DNA of 64,000 bases from an uncultured Solirubrobacteraceae bacterium. GTDB taxonomy: Bacteria > Actinomycetota > Thermoleophilia > Solirubrobacterales > Solirubrobacteraceae. The stretch lies in assembly GCA_963798325.1 (NCBI GenBank), contig CAWCSS010000006.1:326658-390657 (forward strand), read 5' to 3'. The position numbers and the translations under genes were made by a program. This document shows positions 1 to 10,014 of the stretch, in pieces. Each line of letters opens with the position of its first letter. Position 1 is the stretch's first letter. The notes below the pieces were generated by a model. That model made no database searches and had not been told where the DNA came from. It saw only the letters and a program-made list of their open reading frames with translations.

Positions 1-2
1 CG

Positions 3-638
3 TCCCCCGACGAGACGACCAACGTCGCACTCCTGAACGGGTTGGACGTGCTGCGCCACCCGGCCAACCGCGGCTACGGCGCCTCACAGAAGACCGGGTA
101 CGTGCGCGCGCTGCGCGACGGCGCCGCCGTGATCGTGATGGTCCACGCCGACAACCAGTACGACCCCGGGCTGGTGGCCGAGATGGCCGCGCCGATCCTG
201 GCCGGAGAGGCGGACATCGTGATCGGCTCGCGGCTGCTCGACGACCGCGCGATCGCGGGCGGGATGCCGCGCTGGAAGTGGCTCGGCAACCGGCTGCTGA
301 CCGGGATCGAGAACCGCGCGTTCGGCGTGCGCTTCTCCGAGTACCACACCGGCTACCGCGCGTTCAGCGCCGATTTCCTGCGCTCGATCCCGTTCCTGCG
401 CAACTCCGACGATTTCGTCTTCGACCAGGAGATCTTCGCCCAGATGCTCGCGCGCAAGGCGCGGGTGGTCGAGATCCCGATCCCGACGCGCTACTTCCAC
501 GAGGCGTCGTCCGTCGACTTCGTGACCAGCCTGCGCTACGCCTTCAAGACCCTGTGGGTGCTCGGCCGCTTCCGGCTCGACCGCCGCTGGGCGTTGCTGC
601 GCAAGCCCGCCGCATGGCTGGACGCCGACCGTACCTAG
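3..638 (+). CDS. Glycosyltransferase family 2 (DPM1-like), 5'-truncated by window edge
   Basis: Frame open from position 3 (SPDETT...); NRGYGA, HADNQYDP (DxD-like), IVIGSR, HTGYRAF and FDQE motifs. Confidence 0.9.
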   Translation, partial: SPDETTNVALLNGLDVLRHPANRGYGASQKTGYVRALRDGAAVIVMVHADNQYDPGLVAEMAAPILAGEADIVIGSRLLDDRAIAGGMPRWKWLGNRLLTGIENRAFGVRFSEYHTGYRAFSADFLRSIPFLRNSDDFVFDQEIFAQMLARKARVVEIPIPTRYFHEASSVDFVTSLRYAFKTLWVLGRFRLDRRWALLRKPAAWLDADRT

Positions 639-1831
639 CGATCCTCGCGGCCGCGCTCGCGATTCGCGTCGCGTGGGTGCTGCTGACGCCGGGCTACACG
701 CTGGTCGACGACGCGATCGACTACGACCGCCACGCGGCGCACATCGTGCAGTTCGGGTCCTTCGAGACCTCCTACGGGCGGGTGACCGCGTTCCGGCCGC
801 CGGCGTTCATCTGGCTGCTGTCGGGCTTCTATTGGCTCTTCGGCGATGGCGAGCACCGGGTCGAGCTCGCGCGGCTCGTCAACGCGCTGGTGGGGACCGG
901 GATCGTCGCGCTGATCGGCGTGCTCGCGCGGCAACTGTGGGGGCGGCGCGAGGCCCTGGTGGCGCTGGCGCTGGGCGCCGTCTACCTGCCGTTGATCGCG
1001 GTCGGACAGGCGGTGATGTCCGAGCCGCTGTTCGCGCTGCTGATGCTGGGGGCGATGGCGTGCGCGCTGAAGCGCTGGGTGTTCTGGACCGGGCTGCTGT
1101 TCGGGCTCGTGGTGCTCGCCCGCGCGAACGGGATGATCCTCGCGCTGCCGCTGGCGTGGGCGTTCTGGGAGGGCCGCGCGCGCTGGTGGAAACCTGCCCT
1201 GGTGGTCGCGATCGGCGCGCTGACGGTGATCCCGTGGACGGTCCGCAACCAGGTCGTGCTCGGTCACTTCGTCCCGGTCTCGACCCAGTTCGGGTCCGCG
1301 ATGGCCGGCACCTACAACGACCAGGCCCAGCACGATCGGCGGGACCCGGCGTCGTGGCGGGCGCTGGGCCACATCCCCGAGATGGATCGCTACATCGGGC
1401 ACATCCGCCAGACCAACGAGGCGGTGCTCGACCAGCAGCTGCGCTCCTATTCGATCGACTACATCAAGGATCATCCGTCGTCGGTGCTCAAGACCGCGTG
1501 GTGGACGTCGCGGCGGATGCTCGACCTGGCCGGGATCCACTGGTCGGTCCACACGGCGACGACGATCTCCATCGGTCGCACGGTTGCGATCCTGACCGTG
1601 ATCGTCTTCTGGATCTACGCGCTGCTGGCGGTGATCGGCGCCTTCGACGCACGCGCGCGAGCGGCGCCGCTGTGGATCTGGGCGGTGCCGGTGCTCATGT
1701 ACCTGAGCGTCGTCTTCCTCGTGGTGGAGACGCCGCGCTACCGGACCGCGATCGATCCGTTCATCGTGCTCCTGGCGGCGCTGGCACTCACGCGTGCGCG
1801 GGCGGCGCGTTCAGCCGCGGTCGCGTCCTAG
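614..1831 (+). CDS. Multi-TM ArnT/PMT-like (GT-C) glycosyltransferase
   Basis: ATG at 614 overlapping the upstream gene; DDAIDYD, AFRPP, MSEPL, PWTVRN and PRYR motifs; many hydrophobic helices. Confidence 0.8.
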   Translation: MAGRRPYLAILAAALAIRVAWVLLTPGYTLVDDAIDYDRHAAHIVQFGSFETSYGRVTAFRPPAFIWLLSGFYWLFGDGEHRVELARLVNALVGTGIVALIGVLARQLWGRREALVALALGAVYLPLIAVGQAVMSEPLFALLMLGAMACALKRWVFWTGLLFGLVVLARANGMILALPLAWAFWEGRARWWKPALVVAIGALTVIPWTVRNQVVLGHFVPVSTQFGSAMAGTYNDQAQHDRRDPASWRALGHIPEMDRYIGHIRQTNEAVLDQQLRSYSIDYIKDHPSSVLKTAWWTSRRMLDLAGIHWSVHTATTISIGRTVAILTVIVFWIYALLAVIGAFDARARAAPLWIWAVPVLMYLSVVFLVVETPRYRTAIDPFIVLLAALALTRARAARSAAVAS

Positions 1832-2974
1832 CGGGCCGGTGTCCCAGAGGCCGTCGTCGTGCGGCTCGGCCAGCCATCCCGCCGCGTCCGCGCGCCCGCG
1901 CTCGATCAGCGCCCGCCCGAACTCCGGCGCGAAGAACAGGTAGCTGAGCAGCTCGCCGTGCAGGGCGTCGGCGTCGGCGTCGATCACCCGCCCGAGGAAC
2001 GCCAGCTGCGGCGAGCGGGGCACGTGCAGCAGCCCGCTGTAGTGCTTGCGGAACACCTCGCGGGCGATCTGGCCGAGCGTGTCGCGCCCCGGCGGCGCGA
2101 CGAAGATGTACGGGATCCGGCGCTTGCTGCGCGGCCCGACGAGCTCGTTGATCGTCGCCAGCGTCTGGATGTCCTCCACCAGCGGGTCGGCCAGCAACGC
2201 GTCGATGACCTGCGCGGCGCCGGCCGCGAGGTCCGGGCGCCGCTCGCGCTCGACATCCTCGGGCTCGGGCGCGATCGAGTTCAGGCCGATCACGATCACG
2301 CGCCGCGCACCCAGCGAGAGCGCCGGCTTGATCGGCGCGTTCAGCCGCGTCCCGCCGTCGAAGTACCAGCGATCGTCGATCTCGACCGCCGGGAACAGCG
2401 CCGGGATCGCGCTCGACGCGCGCACGTGACGCTCGTCCAGGATCGTCGGCACGTAGTCGATCCGGCGCTTGTCGTCGCGTGGCGACTCCGGCGTGCCGCC
2501 CTGGTGGAAGACGACGCTGCGGCCGGTGTGGGCCGAGGTGGCGACGACCGCCGCCGAGAGCAGCCCGCCGCTCTGGAGGTTCTCGGCGATCCGCGGGAAC
2601 GGGATCGCCCGTTCGAGCGTCTTGGCGAGCGGTGTCGCGTCCAGCAGCGCCGGGATGTCGAGCGAGAGCAGCCCGGTGAAGTTGACCACGCCGCGAGCGA
2701 GCCGGTCGAGGTCCTTCAGCGAGGGCGTGGCCAGCACGTCGCCCCAGTTGAGGTTCTCCCAGATCGCCCGCCCGGAGGACAGCGTGGCGTCCCCGCCGTC
2801 GGGCAGCGTGGCCGCGATGAAGGCGCCGTTGATCGCGCCGACGCTGGAGCCGACGATCAGGTTGGGGCGCTGGTCCAAGGGCAGCGCAGGCAGAAGCACG
2901 GACAGGACTCCGGCCTCGTAGGCACCGCGCGCGCCCCCGCCCGCGAGCACCAGCGCGATCGGCTGGTCAGGCAT
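1811..2974 (-). CDS. Patatin-like phospholipase
   Basis: GGGARGAY oxyanion loop, GSSVG nucleophile, DGG catalytic Asp. Confidence 0.92.
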   Translation of the reverse strand: MPDQPIALVLAGGGARGAYEAGVLSVLLPALPLDQRPNLIVGSSVGAINGAFIAATLPDGGDATLSSGRAIWENLNWGDVLATPSLKDLDRLARGVVNFTGLLSLDIPALLDATPLAKTLERAIPFPRIAENLQSGGLLSAAVVATSAHTGRSVVFHQGGTPESPRDDKRRIDYVPTILDERHVRASSAIPALFPAVEIDDRWYFDGGTRLNAPIKPALSLGARRVIVIGLNSIAPEPEDVERERRPDLAAGAAQVIDALLADPLVEDIQTLATINELVGPRSKRRIPYIFVAPPGRDTLGQIAREVFRKHYSGLLHVPRSPQLAFLGRVIDADADALHGELLSYLFFAPEFGRALIERGRADAAGWLAEPHDDGLWDTGPLGRDRG

Positions 2975-2988
2975 TACGCGTCCGCACG

Positions 2989-3360
2989 TTATCGGCCACG
3001 CGTGGTCAGGAAGCGGCGCGCCGTGGCGAGATGCTCACGCAGCTCGTCCTGGGTGAGGCCGACGTCGTAGGCGCGGTGATGGCATGCGTTCGACAGCGCG
3101 CTCCAGGCGAAGTCGGCCTCGCGCGCCTCCGGCCTGTCGCCCAGGAAGGCCGGCAGGCACACCCACTTGTCGCGCGTGGTGACGTTCTCGAGCATGCCGG
3201 GTGAGCGGGTGCGCCAGAAGACGTCGAGCGTCGACTCCAGGCACTGGCGGATCAGCGCCGCGGCGGCGTGCGGCCAGGCCCCGGAGGTATGGGGGTCGAA
3301 CTCGTCGAGCTGGCGCTGCGCCTCGTCGAGCACCTTCGTCACGGTCAGCCGCTCATTCAC
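2989..3360 (-). CDS. Small helical protein, possibly HEPN-like
   Basis: 123 aa; IRQCLE and LSNACHH motifs resemble the HEPN R..E and N..H elements; directly downstream of the SMC-like ATPase. Confidence 0.6.
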   Translation of the reverse strand: MNERLTVTKVLDEAQRQLDEFDPHTSGAWPHAAAALIRQCLESTLDVFWRTRSPGMLENVTTRDKWVCLPAFLGDRPEAREADFAWSALSNACHHRAYDVGLTQDELREHLATARRFLTTRGR

Positions 3361-3442
3361 GTTGGAGCCCTCTCGGCCCGCGATGTACGAGCCTCTGGGC
3401 GAGTACTCGCAGCGACGCGAGCCGTCAGGCGAGTGTCGCCGT

Positions 3443-5701
3443 TCATGCCATCAGGGCGTGGATGAGGTCGCGGGTGGCGGTCGGGAGCCGTTCGAGCATC
3501 GACGGGTCGGCGCTGCCGTGGGCGCCCTTGTTGAGCTCGGTGACCAGCGTCGCGGCGGCCGCGCCGTGCCGGCGGCGGATCTCGGCGCCGACCTCGCCCT
3601 GGCGGCCGGCGTCGCCGAAGAGCACGAGCGCGAGCGTCTCCCGCAGCGACCGCGCCTCGGCGATCTGCTCGTCGGCCTGCTGCAGATCGGTCCCGTCGGC
3701 CGCCGCCCGGCTGCGCACGAGGTTGGCCGCCGCGGCCTCGACCGCGCTTCGGCAGAACATCGGCACCACGCGGGCCTGGACCTCTGGCGGGAGCCGGTCC
3801 GCGCGGGCGTAGCCGCGGGCGCCGTCGAGGTAACGCTGGACGGGCGAGCGCGAGGTCTGGACGGCGACCGTCGAACGTGCGCGGCGGTCGACGTGCAGCA
3901 GCGTCGCGTCCAGTCGCAGGCGGCGGATCGCCTCGGGCAGGCGGTCGTCGTGGGTGAAGACGACGATCTGGCGGGTGCGCGCCGCCTTGTGCAGGACGCG
4001 GGCGAGCCCGTCGACCTTCGACGGGTCCATCGCCTGCACCGGGTCGTCGATCACCGCGAACCGGAACGGCGACTCCTCCAGCGCGGCCCGCGGCAGGAAG
4101 ACCGAGACGGAGAGCGCGAGCAGCTCGCCCTGGGACATCACGCCCAGCGCGTTGGCGTCGGCGTCCTCGGCGCGGACGTCGAAGTCCGCCCGCCCGCCGC
4201 GGCCCACCTTCTTGAGCGTGATCTCGTGCAGGTCCACGCTCGACCCCTGGCGCAGCTCGCGCCAGTTGCCGATCGCCTGCTCGGAGATCGGCGCGAAGCG
4301 TTCCGCCCGCAGCGCGTCCGTGGCGCTCTTGAGCCATTTCTCGGCGTCCTTGAGGGCCTTGAGGGTCGGCGCGCCGGACTCGACTTCGCGCGCCTGCGCG
4401 AGCCACTCCTTGACGCGGCCGGCGAGCTCCTGCCAGGCCGCGCCGCGGCTCGTCAGCTCGGCGCTCGCGGCATCCGAGCGGGCGCGCAGCGCGTGCACGT
4501 GCTCGGCCACGGCGTCCTTCGTCACCGGCTCCGGCAGGTCGCTGAGCCGCCGGACCCGGCTGCGCGCGGCGGCCAGCGCGGCGTTCGCCTCGGTCATCGC
4601 GACCGCCTGTGACTCCAGCGCGGCGATCTGCTCGCCGGCGTTCGCCGCCCAGGTGTCGTCGAGCACGTCCGCGGTCCCGCACACCGGGCAGTCGTCGGTG
4701 AGCTTGGACGGGTCGCGCGCGGCCAGCGCCTGCCGGAGCAGCCCGGCGAGCGTCGTCGCCCGCGCCGCGTCCGTCTTCGCGGCGTCCTTGTGCGCGCGCT
4801 CGGCGACCTTCAGCGCCTTGAAGGCGTCCGCGATCTCCTCGTCGGTCGGCAGTTGCAGGCCGGCCAGGCGGCGCAGCTGCGTGATGTCCTCCGTGTAGAC
4901 CGGCGTGTCCTCGAGCAGCTGCGTCAGCGCGTCGAGGTCGACCCGGCGGGTGTCGAGGATGCCCCGCACCAGCGCCGCGCGATCGTCATCCGGATCGAGC
5001 CGCGCGATCAGCTGCTCCCGCGCCGCGATCACGCTCTTGCGCTGGTTGTCGAGCTGCAGCCGCGCGGCGGCGAGGTTCTGCGCCAGCGTGTCGAGGTCCG
5101 CGAGCCCCAGCACCGGCGTCAGCGCGTCATACAGCGAGCTCAGCGTGTCGAACATCGTCGCCAGCTCGGCGTAGGCGAGAAACGGCCGGAACGACGGGAG
5201 ATCGCGGTCCCAGCCGTACTTCGCCAGCACCTGGGCCGGTTCCGCTCGTCCGCTCGCGTCGCCGTAGCCCGCGCCGTGCGGCCACATCTGCGCGAGCGAG
5301 ACCTCCTCGCCGCCCTCGAGCTGCAGCCGGGCCGTGATCCGAGTCGGCTCGGCGTGATGCAGGCACTGCCACGTCTCCGTCCACGCCTTCGGCCGCTTCT
5401 CCCAGCGCTTCAACACGCCGGTCATCAGCAACTCGAGCCCTTCGGCGAACGACGACTTGCCACTCCCGTTGCGCCCGACGACGACCGTCAGCCCCGGCGC
5501 CGGCTCGAGCTCCAGCGTCGCCGCCGGCCCGATCCCCCGGAACCCCTCGACCGTCACCGCCTTCAACCACACCGGCGGAGCGGTCGCGGTCGGCGTCGGC
5601 GCGCCCACGTCGGCCATCGCCACGAGAACGCGCCGACCCTCCTCGTCGAGGTCGCCCTCCTCGAGGCGGTCGAGCAGCAGATCGCGCAGCACGGGGTCCA
5701 T
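3443..5701 (-). CDS. Rad50/SbcC/RloC-like SMC-type ABC ATPase with zinc hook
   Basis: VEGFRG, Walker A GRNGSGKS, coiled coil with central CPVCG, signature MSQGE, Walker B IDDPVQAMD, H-loop FTHD. Confidence 0.9.
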   Translation of the reverse strand: MDPVLRDLLLDRLEEGDLDEEGRRVLVAMADVGAPTPTATAPPVWLKAVTVEGFRGIGPAATLELEPAPGLTVVVGRNGSGKSSFAEGLELLMTGVLKRWEKRPKAWTETWQCLHHAEPTRITARLQLEGGEEVSLAQMWPHGAGYGDASGRAEPAQVLAKYGWDRDLPSFRPFLAYAELATMFDTLSSLYDALTPVLGLADLDTLAQNLAAARLQLDNQRKSVIAAREQLIARLDPDDDRAALVRGILDTRRVDLDALTQLLEDTPVYTEDITQLRRLAGLQLPTDEEIADAFKALKVAERAHKDAAKTDAARATTLAGLLRQALAARDPSKLTDDCPVCGTADVLDDTWAANAGEQIAALESQAVAMTEANAALAAARSRVRRLSDLPEPVTKDAVAEHVHALRARSDAASAELTSRGAAWQELAGRVKEWLAQAREVESGAPTLKALKDAEKWLKSATDALRAERFAPISEQAIGNWRELRQGSSVDLHEITLKKVGRGGRADFDVRAEDADANALGVMSQGELLALSVSVFLPRAALEESPFRFAVIDDPVQAMDPSKVDGLARVLHKAARTRQIVVFTHDDRLPEAIRRLRLDATLLHVDRRARSTVAVQTSRSPVQRYLDGARGYARADRLPPEVQARVVPMFCRSAVEAAAANLVRSRAAADGTDLQQADEQIAEARSLRETLALVLFGDAGRQGEVGAEIRRRHGAAAATLVTELNKGAHGSADPSMLERLPTATRDLIHALMA

Positions 5702-5753
5702 CAGGGCTTAGACCGTAGAACCCCGCGCCGTCGGCGCCGGCTCACCGTGTTCA

Positions 5754-8700
5754 ATGCCCTCAGTGAGCGACGACGAACTCGCCCCCGGGCTGCGTGAGGA
5801 GCTTCTGACGGAGGCGCTTGCGCGTCGCCTCGAGGGGATCGCCGACCGTGTGGAGCAGCGGTCGCCGGACTCGGCGGAGGGGCTCGCGCTGCTGCGCAGG
5901 CACGCGGCGAGGATCGTCTCCGACGCACTCGGCAGCGCTTCGGACCCGGCCGGGCTGGTGAATGAGCTGGCGCGTCGGCTGGCCGAGGAGCTCGCGATCG
6001 TCACGCCGGCGAGCTTGCTCACCGGGATCCGCTCGCCTGCGCGGCGGCTCGAACTCGCCTCGCTCCCGGAGCGGCCGCAGATCCCGCTGACGATGAACGA
6101 GCTGCTGGTCAACGATCGCAAGCAACCGTCGATCGGCTCCCAGCTCGTCAGTGAGTTCCAGAGCGCAACGAGCGTCGATCTGATCTGCGCCTTCGTGATC
6201 TTCAGCGGGGTAAACACGATGCTCGACGAGCTCCGGCGCCTCGTCGAGCGGGGTGGACGCCTGCGGGTGATCACCACGACTTACATGGACGCGACGCAGC
6301 CAAAGGCGCTGGACGCCTTGTTCGCGGCGGGCGCCGAGATCCGTGTCGCGTACGACGCGCAACGGACCAAGCTGCACGCCAAGGCCTGGATCCTGAACCG
6401 CCCGCGCGGGTTGGCCACGGCGTTCATCGGCTCGTCGAACCTCTCGCAGACCGCCATGCACCACGGGCTCGAGTGGAACGTCCGGCTCGCCGAGGTCGAG
6501 GCCGGGTCGCTGATCGAGCGCATGCGCGCGACGTTCGAGACCTACTGGGCGGACGACGCCTTCGAACCGTACGATCCGGCGACGGACCGCGCGCGCCTTG
6601 AGGAGGCGTTGGGCAGGCAGCGCCGCCGCCGGTCGGGGCTCGCGCCGGTCGAGGGGTTCGCGAACTTCGACATCCGGCCGTGGCACTACCAGCGAGGGAT
6701 GCTCGAGGATCTGATCGTCCAGCGCGAGCGGCATGGCCGCCACCGGAACCTCGTCGTCGCCGCGACGGGCACGGGCAAGACGGTGGTGGCCGCGCTCGAC
6801 TACCGCGCGTTGTGCGAGCGGGCAGGACGGCCACTGACGCTGTTGTTCGTCGCGCACCGGCAGGAGATCCTCGAGCAGAGCCGCGCCACCTTCGCGCACG
6901 TGGTGCGGGACCCGAGCTTCGGCGAATTCCTGGCCGGGGGCGAGCGCCCGCGAGATGGCCGGCACGTGTTCGCATCCGTGCAGACGCTCCGCAGCCGTGT
7001 GGACGAGCTCCCGCCCGACGCGTACGACGTCGTGATCGTCGACGAGTTCCACCACGCGGAGGCTTCCAGCTACACGCGTCTTCTCAACCACCTCAAGCCG
7101 CGAGAGCTCCTCGGCCTCACGGCGACACCGGAGCGCATGGATGGGCGCGACGTCACGCGCTGGTTCGGCGGCCGGATCGCGGTTGAGCTGCGCGTCTGGG
7201 AGGCGATCGACCGCGGCTACCTGGTGCCGTTTCAGTACTTCGGCGTCAACGACACCGAGGACCTGTCCGGTCTCGAGTGGAAACGCGGCGGCTACGACCT
7301 CGACGCGCTCGGCAATCTCTTCACCGGCAACTCGATGCGCGTCCGCCGAGTGCGCGACGCGCTCGACCTCTACCACCCGGCGCCCGGCCGGATGCGGGCG
7401 CTCGGCTTCTGCGTCTCGATCCCGCACGCCGAGTTCATGGCGCGGGAGTTCACCGCTCTCGGGCTGACGAGCCGGGCGATCAGCGGCGAAACGCCAAGGG
7501 ACGAACGCCGCCAGGTCCTCGCTCAGCTGCGGCGCGGCGAGTTGCGGTGCGTGTTCAGCGTCGACGTCCTCGGTGAGGGCGTCGACGTGCCGAACGTCGA
7601 CACCGTGCTCCTCCTGCGCCCCACCCAGTCAGCGACGTTGTTCGCGCAGCAGCTGGGTCGTGGCCTGCGTCTCAGTGACGACAAGGCGGCGCTGACGGTG
7701 ATCGATCTGGTCGGCCAGCAGCATCGGAACTTCCGGTTCGAGGACAAGCTGCGGGCGGTCATCGATGAGCGCCAGGGCTCGATCCGCGAGCAGGCCGAGG
7801 AGCACTTCCCGTTCCTGCCTTCCGGCTGCACGTTCGTGCTTGACCGCCAGGCGCGCGAGATTGTCCTCGAGAACCTCAAGCGCGCCGCGACCAAGACGCA
7901 GTGGGGCACGCTGGCGGAGGAGCTGCGCGAGTGCGGCGACGTCGAACTGCTGGCCTGGCACCGGGCGACCGGTCGGCGGATCTCCGACCTCTACCGTGCG
8001 CCTGACCGTGGCTGGACCCGTCTCCGTCGCGCCGCCGGCCTACCGACGGCCGAGCCCGGGCCGAACGAGAAGCGGCTGCTCGATGCGGTTCGCTTCCTCG
8101 ATCACATCGACGACCCGGAGCGGGTCGAGTTCTACGTCGATGTCCTCGGAGCACCCGCCGCGCCGGACGTCAAACGGCTCTCAGAGCGCCAGCGCCGGAT
8201 GCTCTCGATGCTGCTCGCGGGGCTCGGCCTCGCGGGCCGAACCCTGCCGGCGGCGCTCGCCGAGCTCTGGGTCCATCCGTCGGTGCGGGCGGAGATCGAG
8301 CAGCTGGTGTTCGCGCTCGGTGAGCTGAGCGCGCTCCGCGAGGACCGCCTCGACCTGATCGCGGACGCGCCGCTTGCGCTGCACGGCACCTACACCCGCG
8401 AAGAGGCGCTGCTCGCGCTCGGCGAGGGGACGCTGGAACGCCCGACGGTGTTCCGGGAAGGCGTCAAGTGGATCAAACCGCCGGTCAACGTTGATGCCCT
8501 GTTCGTCACGCTGCGCAAGTCCGAGAGGTCGTTCTCGCCGAGCACGATGTATCGCGACTACGCGCTCTCGCGATCGCGGTTTCACTGGGAATCGCAGAAC
8601 AGTGCGCACGAGCGGACGCCCACCGGCAAGCGCTACATCAACCACGGCAGCGACGTCGTGCTCTTCGTGCGCGAGACGAACCGGCGTCCGAACGGGGCCG

Positions 8701-8837
8701 GAGCGCCCTTCACCTGCTTGGGTCCGGTGAGCTATCTCAGCCATCAAGGAGAAAAGCCCATGCAGATCCTGTGGCAGCTCGAGCACGAGCTCCCCGAAGT
8801 CCTCCTCGAGGCCTCGCAGCTGGTCGCGGCCGCGTAG
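5754..8837 (+). CDS. PLD nuclease + SF2 helicase + DUF3427 protein (SauUSI-like modification-dependent restriction enzyme)
   Basis: KLHAK...IGSSNLS...EWN PLD motifs; ATGTGKT, DEFHH, LTATPER, EGVDVP, QQLGRGLR helicase motifs; C-terminal YRDYA..FHWESQ typical of DUF3427. Confidence 0.88.
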   Translation: MPSVSDDELAPGLREELLTEALARRLEGIADRVEQRSPDSAEGLALLRRHAARIVSDALGSASDPAGLVNELARRLAEELAIVTPASLLTGIRSPARRLELASLPERPQIPLTMNELLVNDRKQPSIGSQLVSEFQSATSVDLICAFVIFSGVNTMLDELRRLVERGGRLRVITTTYMDATQPKALDALFAAGAEIRVAYDAQRTKLHAKAWILNRPRGLATAFIGSSNLSQTAMHHGLEWNVRLAEVEAGSLIERMRATFETYWADDAFEPYDPATDRARLEEALGRQRRRRSGLAPVEGFANFDIRPWHYQRGMLEDLIVQRERHGRHRNLVVAATGTGKTVVAALDYRALCERAGRPLTLLFVAHRQEILEQSRATFAHVVRDPSFGEFLAGGERPRDGRHVFASVQTLRSRVDELPPDAYDVVIVDEFHHAEASSYTRLLNHLKPRELLGLTATPERMDGRDVTRWFGGRIAVELRVWEAIDRGYLVPFQYFGVNDTEDLSGLEWKRGGYDLDALGNLFTGNSMRVRRVRDALDLYHPAPGRMRALGFCVSIPHAEFMAREFTALGLTSRAISGETPRDERRQVLAQLRRGELRCVFSVDVLGEGVDVPNVDTVLLLRPTQSATLFAQQLGRGLRLSDDKAALTVIDLVGQQHRNFRFEDKLRAVIDERQGSIREQAEEHFPFLPSGCTFVLDRQAREIVLENLKRAATKTQWGTLAEELRECGDVELLAWHRATGRRISDLYRAPDRGWTRLRRAAGLPTAEPGPNEKRLLDAVRFLDHIDDPERVEFYVDVLGAPAAPDVKRLSERQRRMLSMLLAGLGLAGRTLPAALAELWVHPSVRAEIEQLVFALGELSALREDRLDLIADAPLALHGTYTREEALLALGEGTLERPTVFREGVKWIKPPVNVDALFVTLRKSERSFSPSTMYRDYALSRSRFHWESQNSAHERTPTGKRYINHGSDVVLFVRETNRRPNGAGAPFTCLGPVSYLSHQGEKPMQILWQLEHELPEVLLEASQLVAAA

Positions 8838-9725
8838 ATGCGAACCACGATCTCCCTGGGCGACGTCGACGTCCCCTGCTTCGAGCTTGGCTCCGGCAGC
8901 CCGCGCGTGTCCGTGATCGGCGGGATCCACGGGTGTGAGTACTCGTCGATCGCCGCGGTGACCAAGATCATGCGCGAGCTTGAGACCGAGGCGCTCGAAG
9001 GGACCGTGGTCGGCGTGCCCGTGGTGAGCATGCAGTCCTTCGTCGAGCGCTCGCCGTTCGTGGTGCCCGCGGACGGCAAGAACCTCAACCGGTCCTTTCC
9101 GGGCGATCCGGACGGCAGCTACACCGACCAGCTGGCGCACGACATCTTCACGCAGCTGATCGAGCCCGCCGACGTGGTGCTCGATCTGCACGGCGGGGAT
9201 CTGGTCGAGGCGCTGGAGCCGTTCGCGCTCTTTCACGACGACGCGCGCGAGCTGGCGCTGGCGTTCGGGCTGCCGTATGTGGTCGACTCGACGGGCTCGC
9301 TGGAGGGGTCGACGTCCGGCGCGGCGGCGGCCGCCGGCAGGCTGGGCGTGATCGCCGAGGCGGGCGGGACCGGGCAGCTCACCGGCAACGCGGTCGCGCT
9401 GCTCAGCGGCGGCGTGCGCAATGCGCTCGGGTATCTGCAGGTCGTGCAAGCCGGGCCGCGGCCGAGCGCAAGCCGGATCGTCAGCCGTTTCGAATGGCTC
9501 TACAGCGCGCCCGGCGGCTTCTGGGTGGCGCAGGTGAAGACCGGCGAGCAGGTCGCCCGAGGGCAGACGCTGGGCGAGATCCGCGACCTCTACGGCGAGG
9601 TGGTCGAGACGATCACGGCGCCGGACGAGGGCGTCGTGCTGTTCCTCACCACAAGCGCCGCCATCGCCGAGAACGGCCTGCTGCTGGGCCTAGGCTGCGA
9701 CGAGGACGCCCGCACGCAGGCGTAG
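8838..9725 (+). CDS. Succinylglutamate desuccinylase/aspartoacylase (M14) family protein
   Basis: GGIHGCE, NLNRSFPG, LDLHGG and EAGG motifs; C-terminal barrel-sandwich. Confidence 0.88.
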   Translation: MRTTISLGDVDVPCFELGSGSPRVSVIGGIHGCEYSSIAAVTKIMRELETEALEGTVVGVPVVSMQSFVERSPFVVPADGKNLNRSFPGDPDGSYTDQLAHDIFTQLIEPADVVLDLHGGDLVEALEPFALFHDDARELALAFGLPYVVDSTGSLEGSTSGAAAAAGRLGVIAEAGGTGQLTGNAVALLSGGVRNALGYLQVVQAGPRPSASRIVSRFEWLYSAPGGFWVAQVKTGEQVARGQTLGEIRDLYGEVVETITAPDEGVVLFLTTSAAIAENGLLLGLGCDEDARTQA

Positions 9726-9938
9726 GCCGGAGGCGAGCAGCGCGGGCAGTTCCTCCGCGTCGTAGGACGCGAGCTGCCCGAGCACCCAGGGCAGGCCGAA
9801 GCCCGGCACGGTGATCGCCTCGGCGGTGGTGATCCAGACGCGGCCCAACTCGCCGACGAGGAAGCTCTGGACCATCGGCTCGCCGTCGAACTGCGGGGCG
9901 AGGTCGGTGTCGGGTACTTCACGCTTCAGCTCGAACAC
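9690..9938 (-). CDS. Small hypothetical protein
   Basis: 82-aa ORF with protein-like composition filling the gap; short 3' overlap with the convergent gene. Confidence 0.4.
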   Translation of the reverse strand: MFELKREVPDTDLAPQFDGEPMVQSFLVGELGRVWITTAEAITVPGFGLPWVLGQLASYDAEELPALLASGLRLRAGVLVAA

Positions 9939-10014
9939 GCCCGCACCTTCGCGGTCGCGTCAGCGCACGGTCAACGCCTCTCGCCCGACAACCCCCCGGA
10001 CGGCGTAATGCGCG

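Noticed and set aside
1811-2974. Patatin as a CBASS CapV effector
   Set aside because: No CD-NTase nearby; it resembles ordinary actinobacterial patatins, so it is only tentatively linked to the SMC locus
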